Shown here: positions 8,680 to 19,100 of the stretch, one piece after another | Position numbering within the stretch: the first letter of the stretch is position 1 | Layout of the letters: every line of letters begins with the position of its first letter | Virus record (IMG/VR): IMGVR_UViG_3300035112_000003 | Location: 799 to 64,798 of that record | Reading direction: 5' to 3' (one strand) | Length of the DNA stretch: 64,000 nucleotides | From: a virus | Lineage: Duplodnaviria; Caudoviricetes | Notes under the pieces: generated by a model | What the model saw: only the letters and a program-made list of their open reading frames with translations | Databases searched by the model: none | What the model was told of the DNA's origin: nothing | Position numbers and translations under genes: made by a program

Positions 8680-9095
8680 TATTCTGTTTTTTTAGTGACA
8701 ATTAAATCGTTTTCTGCTACTTTATTGGCAAACTTAGCAGCGAATTTATCCGATGCTAATACTCCAATATTCTTCAATACCATAAATGCGCGATCTATCA
8801 ATATCCCCTCGGCGATAACCAATAAGATCATCCACTTCATATCTATATACTCGTACTCCATTCGTATCAGCAATGGGATGGACAAAATATTTGCGATCAA
8901 GCGAAGAACATTGGATGCAAGTAAGAATTTTGTACTCCATTTTTTAGGAGTATTATCGCTGGCTATATCTCTATTGCTTGCCTCAAAAAATAATGATGCA
9001 GTGGCCGCAAAATAAGCGATAACCAAATAGGCTAAGAACGCTCCTAAAGAACCATTACCTAAAAGAACATTCCAGAAGTCCGGATATTTATGCAT
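8679..9095 (-). CDS. Three-TM membrane protein (holin candidate; start probably MHKYPDF)
   Basis: Hydrophobic helices; lysis-adjacent. Confidence 0.55.
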   Translation of the reverse strand: MHKYPDFWNVLLGNGSLGAFLAYLVIAYFAATASLFFEASNRDIASDNTPKKWSTKFLLASNVLRLIANILSIPLLIRMEYEYIDMKWMILLVIAEGILIDRAFMVLKNIGVLASDKFAAKFANKVAENDLIVTKKTE

Positions 9096-9108
9096 GTTAG
9101 TTAATTTA

Positions 9109-9654
9109 TTATACGGAATATTTAGGTAGTATATCAACGAATACCCCATATATAGTTACGAAATTATTTACAACAGCCGATTGCTCAATGGTAATATTTT
9201 GAGAACTTGAAAACGAAAATCCAGAGACATTAATAGCAGACAAACTACCTATTGCCCCAACTTCCTCTTCTAATATATTAGCATGTGTGTTATCGATATA
9301 ATGCAAATGGCACTCTAATACATCCGGAACTAAAGGGGTCGTCAATGAAAAACTTGCAACTGATACCCCATTCACCTTTACCGTTGCAACAATACCAGTG
9401 TTGACTGCCGAAAATAAATAAATTCTTATTCTTACTCTATCCCCAACTTGTGTCAAGGTATTAGCAGGAAGCGTTCTTGTTATAACTGTTTGCGCGGTAT
9501 TGGCAGTACCCGCTGTGCCAGTGCCGCTTACATAGGTTGCGCTACAAGAGTAAAATGGGTTTATTTTCCTATATTCTCTAGGAGAATAAGAAATAATCCC
9601 TACAACTATAATCCCCACGGCTAATACTATTGATAAAACCTTATACTTATTCAT
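9109..9654 (-). CDS. Beta-rich tail fibre/receptor-binding-associated protein with an N-terminal hydrophobic segment
   Basis: TLPANTL..GDRVRI jelly-roll-like pattern seen in tail-fibre tip domains; follows the tailspike. Confidence 0.5.
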   Translation of the reverse strand: MNKYKVLSIVLAVGIIVVGIISYSPREYRKINPFYSCSATYVSGTGTAGTANTAQTVITRTLPANTLTQVGDRVRIRIYLFSAVNTGIVATVKVNGVSVASFSLTTPLVPDVLECHLHYIDNTHANILEEEVGAIGSLSAINVSGFSFSSSQNITIEQSAVVNNFVTIYGVFVDILPKYSV

Positions 9655-9675
9655 TATTTATGTTATTGACTTTTG

Positions 9676-12600
9676 TTATCGAACCCACCAATTAGTGGCA
9701 GACCCGCACTGGACTGCCTTCATAGTATATTGCCCTACTATTGTAAATGACGATGCCCCGTCTATAAGATCAGCAGTTGACCCATTTACTTGTACAGTGA
9801 CAGTGTTCCCACTATTATCTACCCTTTTGAACATGTACTCAACTCCCATCCCTGAGCCGAATACAGTACTGGCAGCCGGAAGGGTCATGGTGATATTTCC
9901 ACCAGCAGCATTTATTACAAAGAAATATTCTTGATTATTTACTGTGGTATTTGTAACTACACTGTCTACCCGTAAGAAATTAGCGCGGCCAGATTGGAAC
10001 CCATTAACAAATGTACTATTCCCTGCTGTGTATAATGGGGCTGTAGTAGGTACACTTGTTCCCAACCCTGCATTATTATTAGTATCAATAATTAATCCGG
10101 CTCCTTTATCATACACAGTTGCGGTTGGGGTAAATCCTATTTCTAGTGAATTGCCAGCACCAATTAATGCGAAAGTATATGGATGCCCCGTACTACTTCC
10201 ATCCAATATGAAAGCATTCCCATTAATACGGTAATTGAACATAGAATTAAATGTCAGGCTATTGCTGCTTCCTGTTACTGTTCTATTGCCAGCCAATGTG
10301 CCATCCCCTGAATATAACGTTGTCGCTGTGCTTGGAGTTTGCCATGTTACCGTCCCACTCCCGTTTGTTTGTAAAACTTGCCCCGATGAGCCATCTGAGG
10401 TTGGGAATGTAAATGCGTTATTGAATGTTACAGCCCCGTTACTCCCAGCTACTCGCAACCTAACCGGGGGTGGCCCCCCAGCACCTGCTGAAAGAGTTAT
10501 ATCTGCATTTGCATCCAGCATAATAGCCATACCGCCAGTAGCATTAGAATAATATGCAGTACTATTCGATACGTAAGCCCCGTATGTCCCACCCGAACTC
10601 CCTTTTACTCGAATACCACCCGTTAAGCTTCCATCATTAACTGCTTGAAAACCTACTTGTCCACTAGCGTTAGAGTTATTAACTCTCACTTCACCGAATC
10701 CGGTAGTACTCGTTGTAACATGTAATTTTGTAGATGGGGTTCCTCCTATCCCTACATTCCCCGTATTTCTGCTTTGCAAATCAGAAGAACTTACTTTAGC
10801 CCATGCGTTATCTTCGTACGCTCCTAATTGTTTGCAAATTATTTGAGTACCCCCATTTTTATTAAATAATGAATTATTAACACAACATCCAGCTTGGTCA
10901 ATTAAATAAGTGATATCCCCTATTCCTAAATTAGATACATCATCCAATACGTAGCTATAGTTATACCAGCCAGGAGCATCCCCATTCCAGACCTCTGACA
11001 TGAAATTATCAATTTTAAAATAAGCATTCCCAAATGAATTACTTAACCCCATGATATTTCCAGATGGTACATATATAGAACTTATATTCCATTGTGCTAA
11101 TACTCTATTAGCGTGAACCGTTTCGATATTATGTAGAAAAACAAATGCTTTATCGCAAAAATATACCTCACATTGATCTATATTAGCATGATCAGACACG
11201 GCAATCCCATATTTAAACCCTGCCACATGCACTCGTTCAAGCGTTGTCATTGTTTCACTAAAAATCTTATTTGTTATAATTCCCGCAACTTCATTTGTTG
11301 GTCGAACGCTGGCCGAAGCACTCCCATCAATCGCTACCATTACATTGTTATAATGCGATGTATTACACCAATAACAATTTATACCCCCCATAGACGGGCC
11401 GCCAACATGAATATTTTTTGAAACTAAAATAGATATATTTTTAAACGTATATGTGGTGTAGTTTAGGCTATCGCTTGCATTTGCTCTGCTTTTTGTTGAA
11501 AACAATGCAGGGTCATTACCTGTCCCGTTAATAAGTGAATATAATATAACACCCTTCCAGCTTACTATACTATCCATAGAAAGTAGATTAGGTGTCCATT
11601 CAGGCGGCGTTTCCCCTTCTATTATTATGTGGGTTCTGTTGTTGAATGAAGAATCAGATGCACCTGTAAAAAATGTATTTGGCAGGACGACTTGAGAATT
11701 CACATTCACTCCATTCACATTAGTACGTAGCGCTCCCGCAAACATATAAACTCCGTTAGGTACCCATACCTTACCACCACCATAATGATGGCAGCTATCT
11801 AATGCTTTTTGAAATGCAGATGTGTTATCTGTCCCCCACACAACAGTATCTGCACTTACTGTCGTGCTCGCAGCGTTCGTCAATGTAACAGTAGTTGAAT
11901 TCGTAAACCCAGAAATTGTTGTAATTAAATCAACACCTGCTGACCCTGCATATGGCACTCTAATGGCCTTGCCAACGTCCGCTGATGTGAAATTTGCAGA
12001 AGCGCTAGTTAATGTGCTGGAACTGGCCGAAATGGCTGCATCAAACACTTTTCGACCATCTCCCTTTGCTCCATATATCGGGTCTGTTACATTATAAACT
12101 TTGGGAGTTAGGCTTAAATCAAATAGAGTTGAAATACTTGCAGTATCCACTTTAAATGTTAATGCATTGGAATTACTAGAGCTATCCACAATAATAGTAT
12201 TGCTCCCAAATGCTGTCTTGAAATTGCCACTAGGAGTAGCAAGCCACCTAAATCCAGCCCCTATATTATTTATAGCTATAGACGGAATTTGGGTAAGATC
12301 ATATTGCGTTGCAATAACCGATGTATCTACTCTTTGAGTGATATTATTAGCGGTTACCGTATGTAGTATGCCAAACCCTGGATTTAGTCTTTTTAATGTA
12401 TCATTGATGGAAAGCGTATCCCCGGCCCCTGATGCATTTACAAATTGTGGTGGAGTTCCATTGGCGAATGAAGTCGCTTGCCCTTTTGCATTAAATGTTA
12501 TTTGACAATTCACACAAGTTCCTGCCAATACTTTATCTGCTAAAGAAATAGTACCTAATCCGTTATCGGAAAAATCACTTGAAGCAAATGTTGCCGCTCC

Positions 12601-13383
12601 TTTTGTTCCAGTTGTAGTTGCATTGTTTATCCCTATTTCACCAGTAGTTGAATTATATGTAATAGGGGATATATTAGAAATAAGACTTCTGACTTTCAAG
12701 TAAAAGTTAGGAATCATCCCGGTATCGGTAGTAGCTAATGTTCCATTCCCCCGTACGTACTGTGCGGTAGTTCCAGCGCCGGATACATTAAGCGTCCCAT
12801 TTACTGTTAGCGGGGAATTGGTTACCGTAAAAGCAGATGGCATAGATAACCCAACACTTGTTAACCCGGAGCCGCCACCACCTATTGCGGCCCTTATTGC
12901 TGCTGCCGTATCTTTTAATTGTGAAGTTGTAACAACATGATTTGATCCTAATGTATCAACGAACATCAATATTTTAGTCGCATTAGTAGAAAACGTCAAC
13001 CCATAATCATTTTGTATTCTCTTAATTGCATTATTAATATATAAAGAATCTCCGCTTACGCCTGCATTCGATAGTTGATTTTGCTTTAGGTTTATTCTAT
13101 TGCTTAATGATATTGTATCTCTATCCAATAAACCACGAAACCAGCGCCTGTTACCTCCATAAAACCATAATGCCGTATCGCCCCCCTGAATACGTACAAT
13201 TTGCGTTCCTGCGTAACGAGCATAAAATGTATCAAGCACAGGATTTACTAGGGGACTATCTAATATTATCCATGATGCTTCAGTATTACCTGTAAATATT
13301 CGTGACTTAAAAGTACTAGCCGGTAATTGCGCCTGTACAGTAAGCCCGATAAAAACTAATAAAACTATAAATATATTTCTCAT
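9676..13383 (-). CDS. Tailspike/tail fibre with a pectate-lyase-like beta-helix and an N-terminal signal peptide
   Basis: VYNVTD..YGAKGDG...DNTSAFQKALD..GGGKVWVPNGVY; fibre motifs (GNVGIG, FPTSDGSSGQVLQTNGSG, TLPAA); start MRNIFIVLLVFIGLTVQA|Q. Confidence 0.85.
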   Translation of the reverse strand: MRNIFIVLLVFIGLTVQAQLPASTFKSRIFTGNTEASWIILDSPLVNPVLDTFYARYAGTQIVRIQGGDTALWFYGGNRRWFRGLLDRDTISLSNRINLKQNQLSNAGVSGDSLYINNAIKRIQNDYGLTFSTNATKILMFVDTLGSNHVVTTSQLKDTAAAIRAAIGGGGSGLTSVGLSMPSAFTVTNSPLTVNGTLNVSGAGTTAQYVRGNGTLATTDTGMIPNFYLKVRSLISNISPITYNSTTGEIGINNATTTGTKGAATFASSDFSDNGLGTISLADKVLAGTCVNCQITFNAKGQATSFANGTPPQFVNASGAGDTLSINDTLKRLNPGFGILHTVTANNITQRVDTSVIATQYDLTQIPSIAINNIGAGFRWLATPSGNFKTAFGSNTIIVDSSSNSNALTFKVDTASISTLFDLSLTPKVYNVTDPIYGAKGDGRKVFDAAISASSSTLTSASANFTSADVGKAIRVPYAGSAGVDLITTISGFTNSTTVTLTNAASTTVSADTVVWGTDNTSAFQKALDSCHHYGGGKVWVPNGVYMFAGALRTNVNGVNVNSQVVLPNTFFTGASDSSFNNRTHIIIEGETPPEWTPNLLSMDSIVSWKGVILYSLINGTGNDPALFSTKSRANASDSLNYTTYTFKNISILVSKNIHVGGPSMGGINCYWCNTSHYNNVMVAIDGSASASVRPTNEVAGIITNKIFSETMTTLERVHVAGFKYGIAVSDHANIDQCEVYFCDKAFVFLHNIETVHANRVLAQWNISSIYVPSGNIMGLSNSFGNAYFKIDNFMSEVWNGDAPGWYNYSYVLDDVSNLGIGDITYLIDQAGCCVNNSLFNKNGGTQIICKQLGAYEDNAWAKVSSSDLQSRNTGNVGIGGTPSTKLHVTTSTTGFGEVRVNNSNASGQVGFQAVNDGSLTGGIRVKGSSGGTYGAYVSNSTAYYSNATGGMAIMLDANADITLSAGAGGPPPVRLRVAGSNGAVTFNNAFTFPTSDGSSGQVLQTNGSGTVTWQTPSTATTLYSGDGTLAGNRTVTGSSNSLTFNSMFNYRINGNAFILDGSSTGHPYTFALIGAGNSLEIGFTPTATVYDKGAGLIIDTNNNAGLGTSVPTTAPLYTAGNSTFVNGFQSGRANFLRVDSVVTNTTVNNQEYFFVINAAGGNITMTLPAASTVFGSGMGVEYMFKRVDNSGNTVTVQVNGSTADLIDGASSFTIVGQYTMKAVQCGSATNWWVR

Positions 13384-13384
13384 A

Positions 13385-13960
13385 CTATACATTTATAAGT
13401 TGAACCATATGTATCATATACAATTGACTTGTCCCAACTCCATTGCTAAATACGATTACTATATTATTTGCATTATATGTAACAGTATATTCTTGTTGCG
13501 AAACATCACTACCATAGGGCAATTCTGTTCCATCTAAAGTAATTTCAACGCTAGGATTTACCACGCCTGCATAATTCAGCGTCAAGCTAGTTTGTCCGGC
13601 TATCATTGGAGCCCCTACATCTCCTACCCGGAATTGCACAAAAGGAGTTGCGATTGTCACGTTATTTCCAGTTGAAGGATTAACAATATTGCCTGTACTT
13701 CCAGAATCTATTACATTTTGCGCAGCATGAATATATGGATTGCATAGTGAATACATATAATTTGCCATCTTAGGTAAGATGCTGGCACCAGAATCAATAT
13801 CATATTGCCACTGTACAGATTCTTTTACTATAAACAAAAGAGATGATTGATTAGGCCGATTGCCACCGCCTTGTAATAATAATTTTTTAGAATTACCATC
13901 AGCAGCAAGATATTGGCATATTTTAGCTATAGTCAAATATGTAGTTACTGGTACTGCCAT
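13385..13960 (-). CDS. Virion structural protein (tail hub/fibre adaptor candidate)
   Basis: Position between ejection proteins and the tailspike; helical N-terminus and beta-rich C-terminus. Confidence 0.5.
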   Translation of the reverse strand: MAVPVTTYLTIAKICQYLAADGNSKKLLLQGGGNRPNQSSLLFIVKESVQWQYDIDSGASILPKMANYMYSLCNPYIHAAQNVIDSGSTGNIVNPSTGNNVTIATPFVQFRVGDVGAPMIAGQTSLTLNYAGVVNPSVEITLDGTELPYGSDVSQQEYTVTYNANNIVIVFSNGVGTSQLYMIHMVQLINV

Positions 13961-14491
13961 TTAAAAGAAAAATTGAGAATTATTTTTTAAATACAATGCC
14001 CTATTAATTGCGGCTTGGGCAGAATACTGCTGCCCATCTGCCCCAGCATCAGTAGCATTATTTATTTCGGTCTGTAATTTAAATAAATCAGTATACCAAT
14101 TTATATCATTCAAGATATTGGGATCATCAGATAAATTACTTATTTGGCCACCTCTAAATTGTTTCAAATAATTAAGGAATGTTTCTACACTTTGTGCGGT
14201 ATAAGTTGATCCCGGCTGAGGATTATTACTTAACCATACTGCATTTACCAGTAAAGAATAATCAGTATTCAATACTCCTATAATTGTCTTCGAATTGCCA
14301 TCTGAAAATGGGAAATCTATATATAAAGTAGTAGTTCCTTCTGGGACAAGCGTCGTCCCATCTACTTTGTACAGATATATACGACGCCCCGAAAATGTAC
14401 CCTGTCCTTCACTAGAATAGCTTGAGGTGTCATTTACTATGAAGCTAGTAATGTCAGATGTTTGCGTTATTGTAAATTGGCCAGTGAACAT
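13961..14491 (-). CDS. Virion structural protein (tail hub candidate)
   Basis: Position; Ig-like N-terminus and helical C-terminus. Confidence 0.5.
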   Translation of the reverse strand: MFTGQFTITQTSDITSFIVNDTSSYSSEGQGTFSGRRIYLYKVDGTTLVPEGTTTLYIDFPFSDGNSKTIIGVLNTDYSLLVNAVWLSNNPQPGSTYTAQSVETFLNYLKQFRGGQISNLSDDPNILNDINWYTDLFKLQTEINNATDAGADGQQYSAQAAINRALYLKNNSQFFF

Positions 14492-15162
14492 TATATTTTG
14501 TATTTAAATATGAACCCTTTTGATTGTTTTTGGCCGCCACATAATACTGAATATATATTTTTTTTATCAATATTCATATCATGGGAGGCTTCATGAACAG
14601 AAATGTATTCTTTTACAATATTTAGGCTTAAATCATATATTATGATCGGTCTTCTCATTTTATTTCTAGCCTCTCTTCTAGCTGTGATTGCTTTTTGTGT
14701 AGACTTAATTCCGAGTGTATATCTCTTCCCCTTATTAGCTCTTCTTATACTTTCAATATGTTCTTTAGATAGTTTTCTTCCTTTCCCTGCATTAGATATT
14801 TTAAGCTTTGCCTCTGTTGTTATCACCATCCCCTTATTCCCTGCTCCTCCATTAGTTAAATTAAGCCCATTATATTCTGGCCATTTATTGTAATTACATA
14901 CATTCGTTCTAATCCAGAATATTTCCTTCCCCTGTGCATATAAATGCGTATTTTCAAACTCCTCAATTACTTCTATTGAATGTTTATCAACTCCATATAC
15001 AATTAATGAATTATATAACAATCTCTGCTTCTTGATTGAATTAGTTAATGCCTTATAATCATTATATCGACGATGAAATGAAGATGTACACCCTACATAA
15101 ACCTGTCCAATTGGATTGGTTATTTTATAAATTGTCCACTTTTTAATATCTGAAGAAGGCAT
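14491..15162 (-). CDS. GIY-YIG homing endonuclease with NUMOD3/NUMOD1 DNA-binding repeats
   Basis: TIYKITN..GQVYVG, E.FWI, GLNLTNGG, KLKISNA/SKEHIESIRRA and C-terminal SKGFIFKY. Confidence 0.88.
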   Translation of the reverse strand: MPSSDIKKWTIYKITNPIGQVYVGCTSSFHRRYNDYKALTNSIKKQRLLYNSLIVYGVDKHSIEVIEEFENTHLYAQGKEIFWIRTNVCNYNKWPEYNGLNLTNGGAGNKGMVITTEAKLKISNAGKGRKLSKEHIESIRRANKGKRYTLGIKSTQKAITARREARNKMRRPIIIYDLSLNIVKEYISVHEASHDMNIDKKNIYSVLCGGQKQSKGFIFKYKI

Positions 15163-15190
15163 TCTAAATCAGTTTATTAAAATTAATAAT

Positions 15191-16129
15191 TTATTTTCTT
15201 ACTTGCACCATTACTTTTGGCGCAATACTTTGAGTAGTCGCAGGTTGCTGATCATCATCAAAATAACCTTCATTTCTTAATGCTTGTGCCATCTTAACTC
15301 TTCTCATTACATTATCATATGGCTGTTTCCAAGAAGTCTCCTTAAGATTACCCCCTGATACTGGGCGAGATTTCATGAAGGCGTCATCTTTCAATGCACC
15401 TGATTTATGATAATCCATAAGCATTTTTTGTGCATTCCCTTCTCCCGCATTATAATTAATATATGTAAAAAATTGTTTTGCCGCTGGCGAAAGTTCAATA
15501 TTATTGCGCTTAGCATAATCAAGTATTTGATCCTCACTCATTTTGGCCATAGCGCCTTTCGCCATCATTGCATCTTCAACACTTCTAAAGTCACCAGAAT
15601 GCGTTGTTTCTCCTTTTTCATTGGTCATTATGGTAGGTTGATATCTACTTTGAAAACTAGCAGGCAAATACCCTTTTTTTACTAAATAAGGGAATTGGCT
15701 ATGAAAATGATCTAAACCAACTCCGGCAAATCCGCTTACGGGGTAATCATCATAAGAACTACTATTAAAATATCCTTCCCCTTCATACCCTTTTTTAAAC
15801 ATACCGCTAACGCCTTCCTCCATTGCTGATGAATAAAATAATGCAGGGTCTAATCCAAATCTCTTTACTGCATTTATTGCAGACTGCTTAATCGGCAAAC
15901 GCTCATGTGCGGTATTAGGTATTTCGTTTATCCTCAAAGGGGTATCCCCACGCCCCTGCATATAAGGCCCATATTTCTGCCTCCACGCTTCTGCGTATTT
16001 CAGCCTAGAATTCGCATCTTTATAGTTGGGGAGGGGGATACGCGTAGGAGGCACAGCAGGCTTAGGTTCCGCGCCCGTTACCGGGACACCGGGTTGAGGT
16101 GTTACTTTTATTCGTACTGCTTTTGCCAT
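15191..16129 (-). CDS. Virion-associated lytic transglycosylase (SLT-like)
   Basis: AVKRFGLDPALFYSSAMEEG (catalytic Glu helix) and YNAGEG motifs. Confidence 0.7.
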   Translation of the reverse strand: MAKAVRIKVTPQPGVPVTGAEPKPAVPPTRIPLPNYKDANSRLKYAEAWRQKYGPYMQGRGDTPLRINEIPNTAHERLPIKQSAINAVKRFGLDPALFYSSAMEEGVSGMFKKGYEGEGYFNSSSYDDYPVSGFAGVGLDHFHSQFPYLVKKGYLPASFQSRYQPTIMTNEKGETTHSGDFRSVEDAMMAKGAMAKMSEDQILDYAKRNNIELSPAAKQFFTYINYNAGEGNAQKMLMDYHKSGALKDDAFMKSRPVSGGNLKETSWKQPYDNVMRRVKMAQALRNEGYFDDDQQPATTQSIAPKVMVQVRK

Positions 16130-16134
16130 ATAAT

Positions 16135-19100
16135 TTAATTTTTTTGATGTGGATTAGTTCTTGTTACTCTTGTTGGTCTTTCTCTTGATACTGTTGATCT
16201 AGCAGGCTTATTGGATGCGCTTTCCCCTGATTTCATTAAGCTATAATCCTCTCCTATTCTAACCCCTGTACCACCTGACATGACACCTACAAATACCCCT
16301 TTTAAGATTTGCTCTATTTGAGGCTTTGACATTCCTCGTTGTTCCATTTGAACAGTTACATCTTTTATTGCTTCTGCCACAGGAATCGGCGTTTGTTGAT
16401 TTAAAATATATTCCTTCCATGTTAATTGATGCCCAAATGGCCCCGGCTTATCAGAAGAAAACGGGAGAGTATTGCCTCCATAGTCATGATGGGTAGCAAT
16501 ATCGGCGGCTGTACTAGCAAATGGTGATAGTTTACCTCGCAAATATTTACTAAATGAACTATACAATAAGTCTGTCCTAGTTTTACCTTTTAAAGACGTT
16601 TCGGATTCTACCGAAATGGCCACCAATTTGCTTAAAAATCCCAATGCCGAAGCCATCCCTCCCGTTAAATCTATCGTTCTGTCTCCGAATTTAAATTTAA
16701 GCCAATCAGAACTTTTGGGGTCAGTAAAATTCACACTCTGTTTTGATCCTGTTGCCATTAATAATCCCTGATTTGCAGCCAATGCCGCAAAATAAGTGGC
16801 TATAGCCTCACCACTTCTTTTAGCTACAATTTTAGCCGCTGCCTTTTCTGCTGCCGTTGCATTCTTCCAATTAGTAAAGGTTGCGATTGCCTTCACCGGC
16901 TGGGTTATAAGGCGCGACCATCTGGATGCCTCTAGCCGGGGGGCAAAAAACGCTGTACCAATAGCTTCAGGAACTGGTATCTTACTAGTACCTGTTGCAT
17001 GATTTACGATAGTGGCTATTTCTTTCAATACTTCCGGATCGGCCTTTTCTACAGCAGAAAGCCTATTGTATTCATCCTTCGCCATCTCTAATCTCATTAC
17101 TTTCAATGCATTAAACCCACGATCGCCAGCCGCTCCAAGCCTCCCTAGCATTTTATCAAAGGTCTGATAATCATCGAATTTTTCAGCGGGATCAACTGCA
17201 AGGCCGGCCCTCTTCCATTTTGCAAATTCCGGATCATTTACTAAATCCTGCATCGCCTTTTCGTATTGGGCAGCCTTCCCGAATGCAAAATTGAATTGTT
17301 TAAAGAATGAGGGCCAATATGATTTCCATGCTGTGGGCCTAAATATATTCATACCGGCATGCGTAATACCTCCAACTGTACCATGCCCAAATGTCTTCAA
17401 TCTGAAAAATAGATGTGGGACAAACTTAAGCGCCTTTACCACCCTTGGAGTATTTGCAGCTTTCACCCATGCCTTTGCTTGTTGTATGGCTTGTCGCTGA
17501 TGATATTGCTGCGTGTATAATTCGTCGGAAATAACTTTCGTGCCCTTGGGTTGTGTTATGGCATTCCTAACTTGATCTGGGTTTAATCCCAAGTCCTTAG
17601 ATACCCCATATACCATTTCATTAAAATCTTTCCCCTTATTGATATATTCTGTCTTTGCATAATCCCATATATCTCTAGCGTCTTCTGTTGTAAATTTGTT
17701 GTCCTTTTTATCAGCAAAGCGAGTTAATAAATCATTTTCGTTTTTGAAATATTTGTTATAATCATTTTCTACGTCACGTTGCTTATCTTCTGATAATGAT
17801 TTATACCAATCACTTTGTTTAATATGCGATAACCCATCAGATATAGCCTGCACAACTGTGCCGCCTGCCTCTACCGTTTTGGCCATTATCTCTAACGCAC
17901 TATCCCAAACTAATGACCCCGGCGTTGCGGCTTGGAAACTTCCCGGCTTTCTAGTTTTCCCTTCCCTTAGAAGATCAGCAAATTTATCAGCTTTTTCTTT
18001 TATTGATTTCCCCGGTTCTTTTTCACCCGTTGACTTATCTATTGCTTCTGTAAGTTTCTTTTTCAGCCCTTCCACTTCTTTAGTCAATGACCCTACCTTA
18101 TCTGCCAGTTCTTTAGCACGACCTTCTTGAGCTTTGGACATAGGCTGTTCATTCCGTTGCTCAAAGTATCTCCTTATCCCAGTAAAAGAACCAGTATCTA
18201 TATCTGTTACTCCTTGTTGTTCACGACCCATACCGCCCCATACTGTCTGCATGGGTTTCACTACCTCGTTATACCATTTGCTTTCGGCTGCTTTTGCCGC
18301 TTTATCCTCAGCACTTCCAGCCCCAAACTCATCAGCGGCTTTATTTGTTTCTCTTACAAGCCTATTATATTCTGCCCTTACTACGCTAATATCATCTACG
18401 CCTATTTTGCCATGATTTTTGAAATCACTTGCTACCTGATGTGGGTCTACGCCTTGTGCTATTAGTTCTTTACCCCTCTCAATGTATTGTTCTGGCTCTA
18501 AGACTTCACCCCTAACCGGTGCAGATTCCCCGGTATCAAATGCCCTTTGTGAACGATATTCATGGGCAATACCAATATCCTCCCCAAATGGCAAATCCAT
18601 GTTCCCCGGATATGGCGCTACCCCTTCTTTACCCGTATCTTTACCTTCTTCTTGGGCGCGTGTTCCGGCAGTGACTTCCCCTTGCTGGCTTGGTTCCATT
18701 CCTCCACGTTGACCCCCTTCTGCTCCAATTCCTTCTTGTGGATGTTGAAGAACGCCGCCTGTGCTTGGCTCTTGTATGGCATGAGTTAATTCTTTATTGT
18801 TTAAGAAAATATTCGTTGTTTCATCTGTCCATTTACCATCTGTTTTGGATAACGCGTCAAGCGCTCTCATTACCTTACTATGGCTTACTACATGAGTGTC
18901 TTCAGGCAGTGACTTAACATATTCATACGCTTTCTCCATTCTTGCCTTAAAGCTCTCAGGTGATTCAGAGCCTTCTGGCCTATACTTTCCTTCAAACCAT
19001 TCTTTCTCTTTAAAGGTTCCTTCCGGCTTCCCTTCATCACTACCAATATTAGCCGTATTCAGTAATTCATTCCTTTCAATGGGCACTTCTTTGCCTGTGA

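Noticed and set aside
9676-13383. Diversity-generating retroelement targeting the tailspike
   Set aside because: No reverse transcriptase and no template/variable repeat pair were seen
14491-15190. Group I intron around the GIY-YIG gene
   Set aside because: Flanking genes have their own starts and stops, and there is no non-coding space for an intron core
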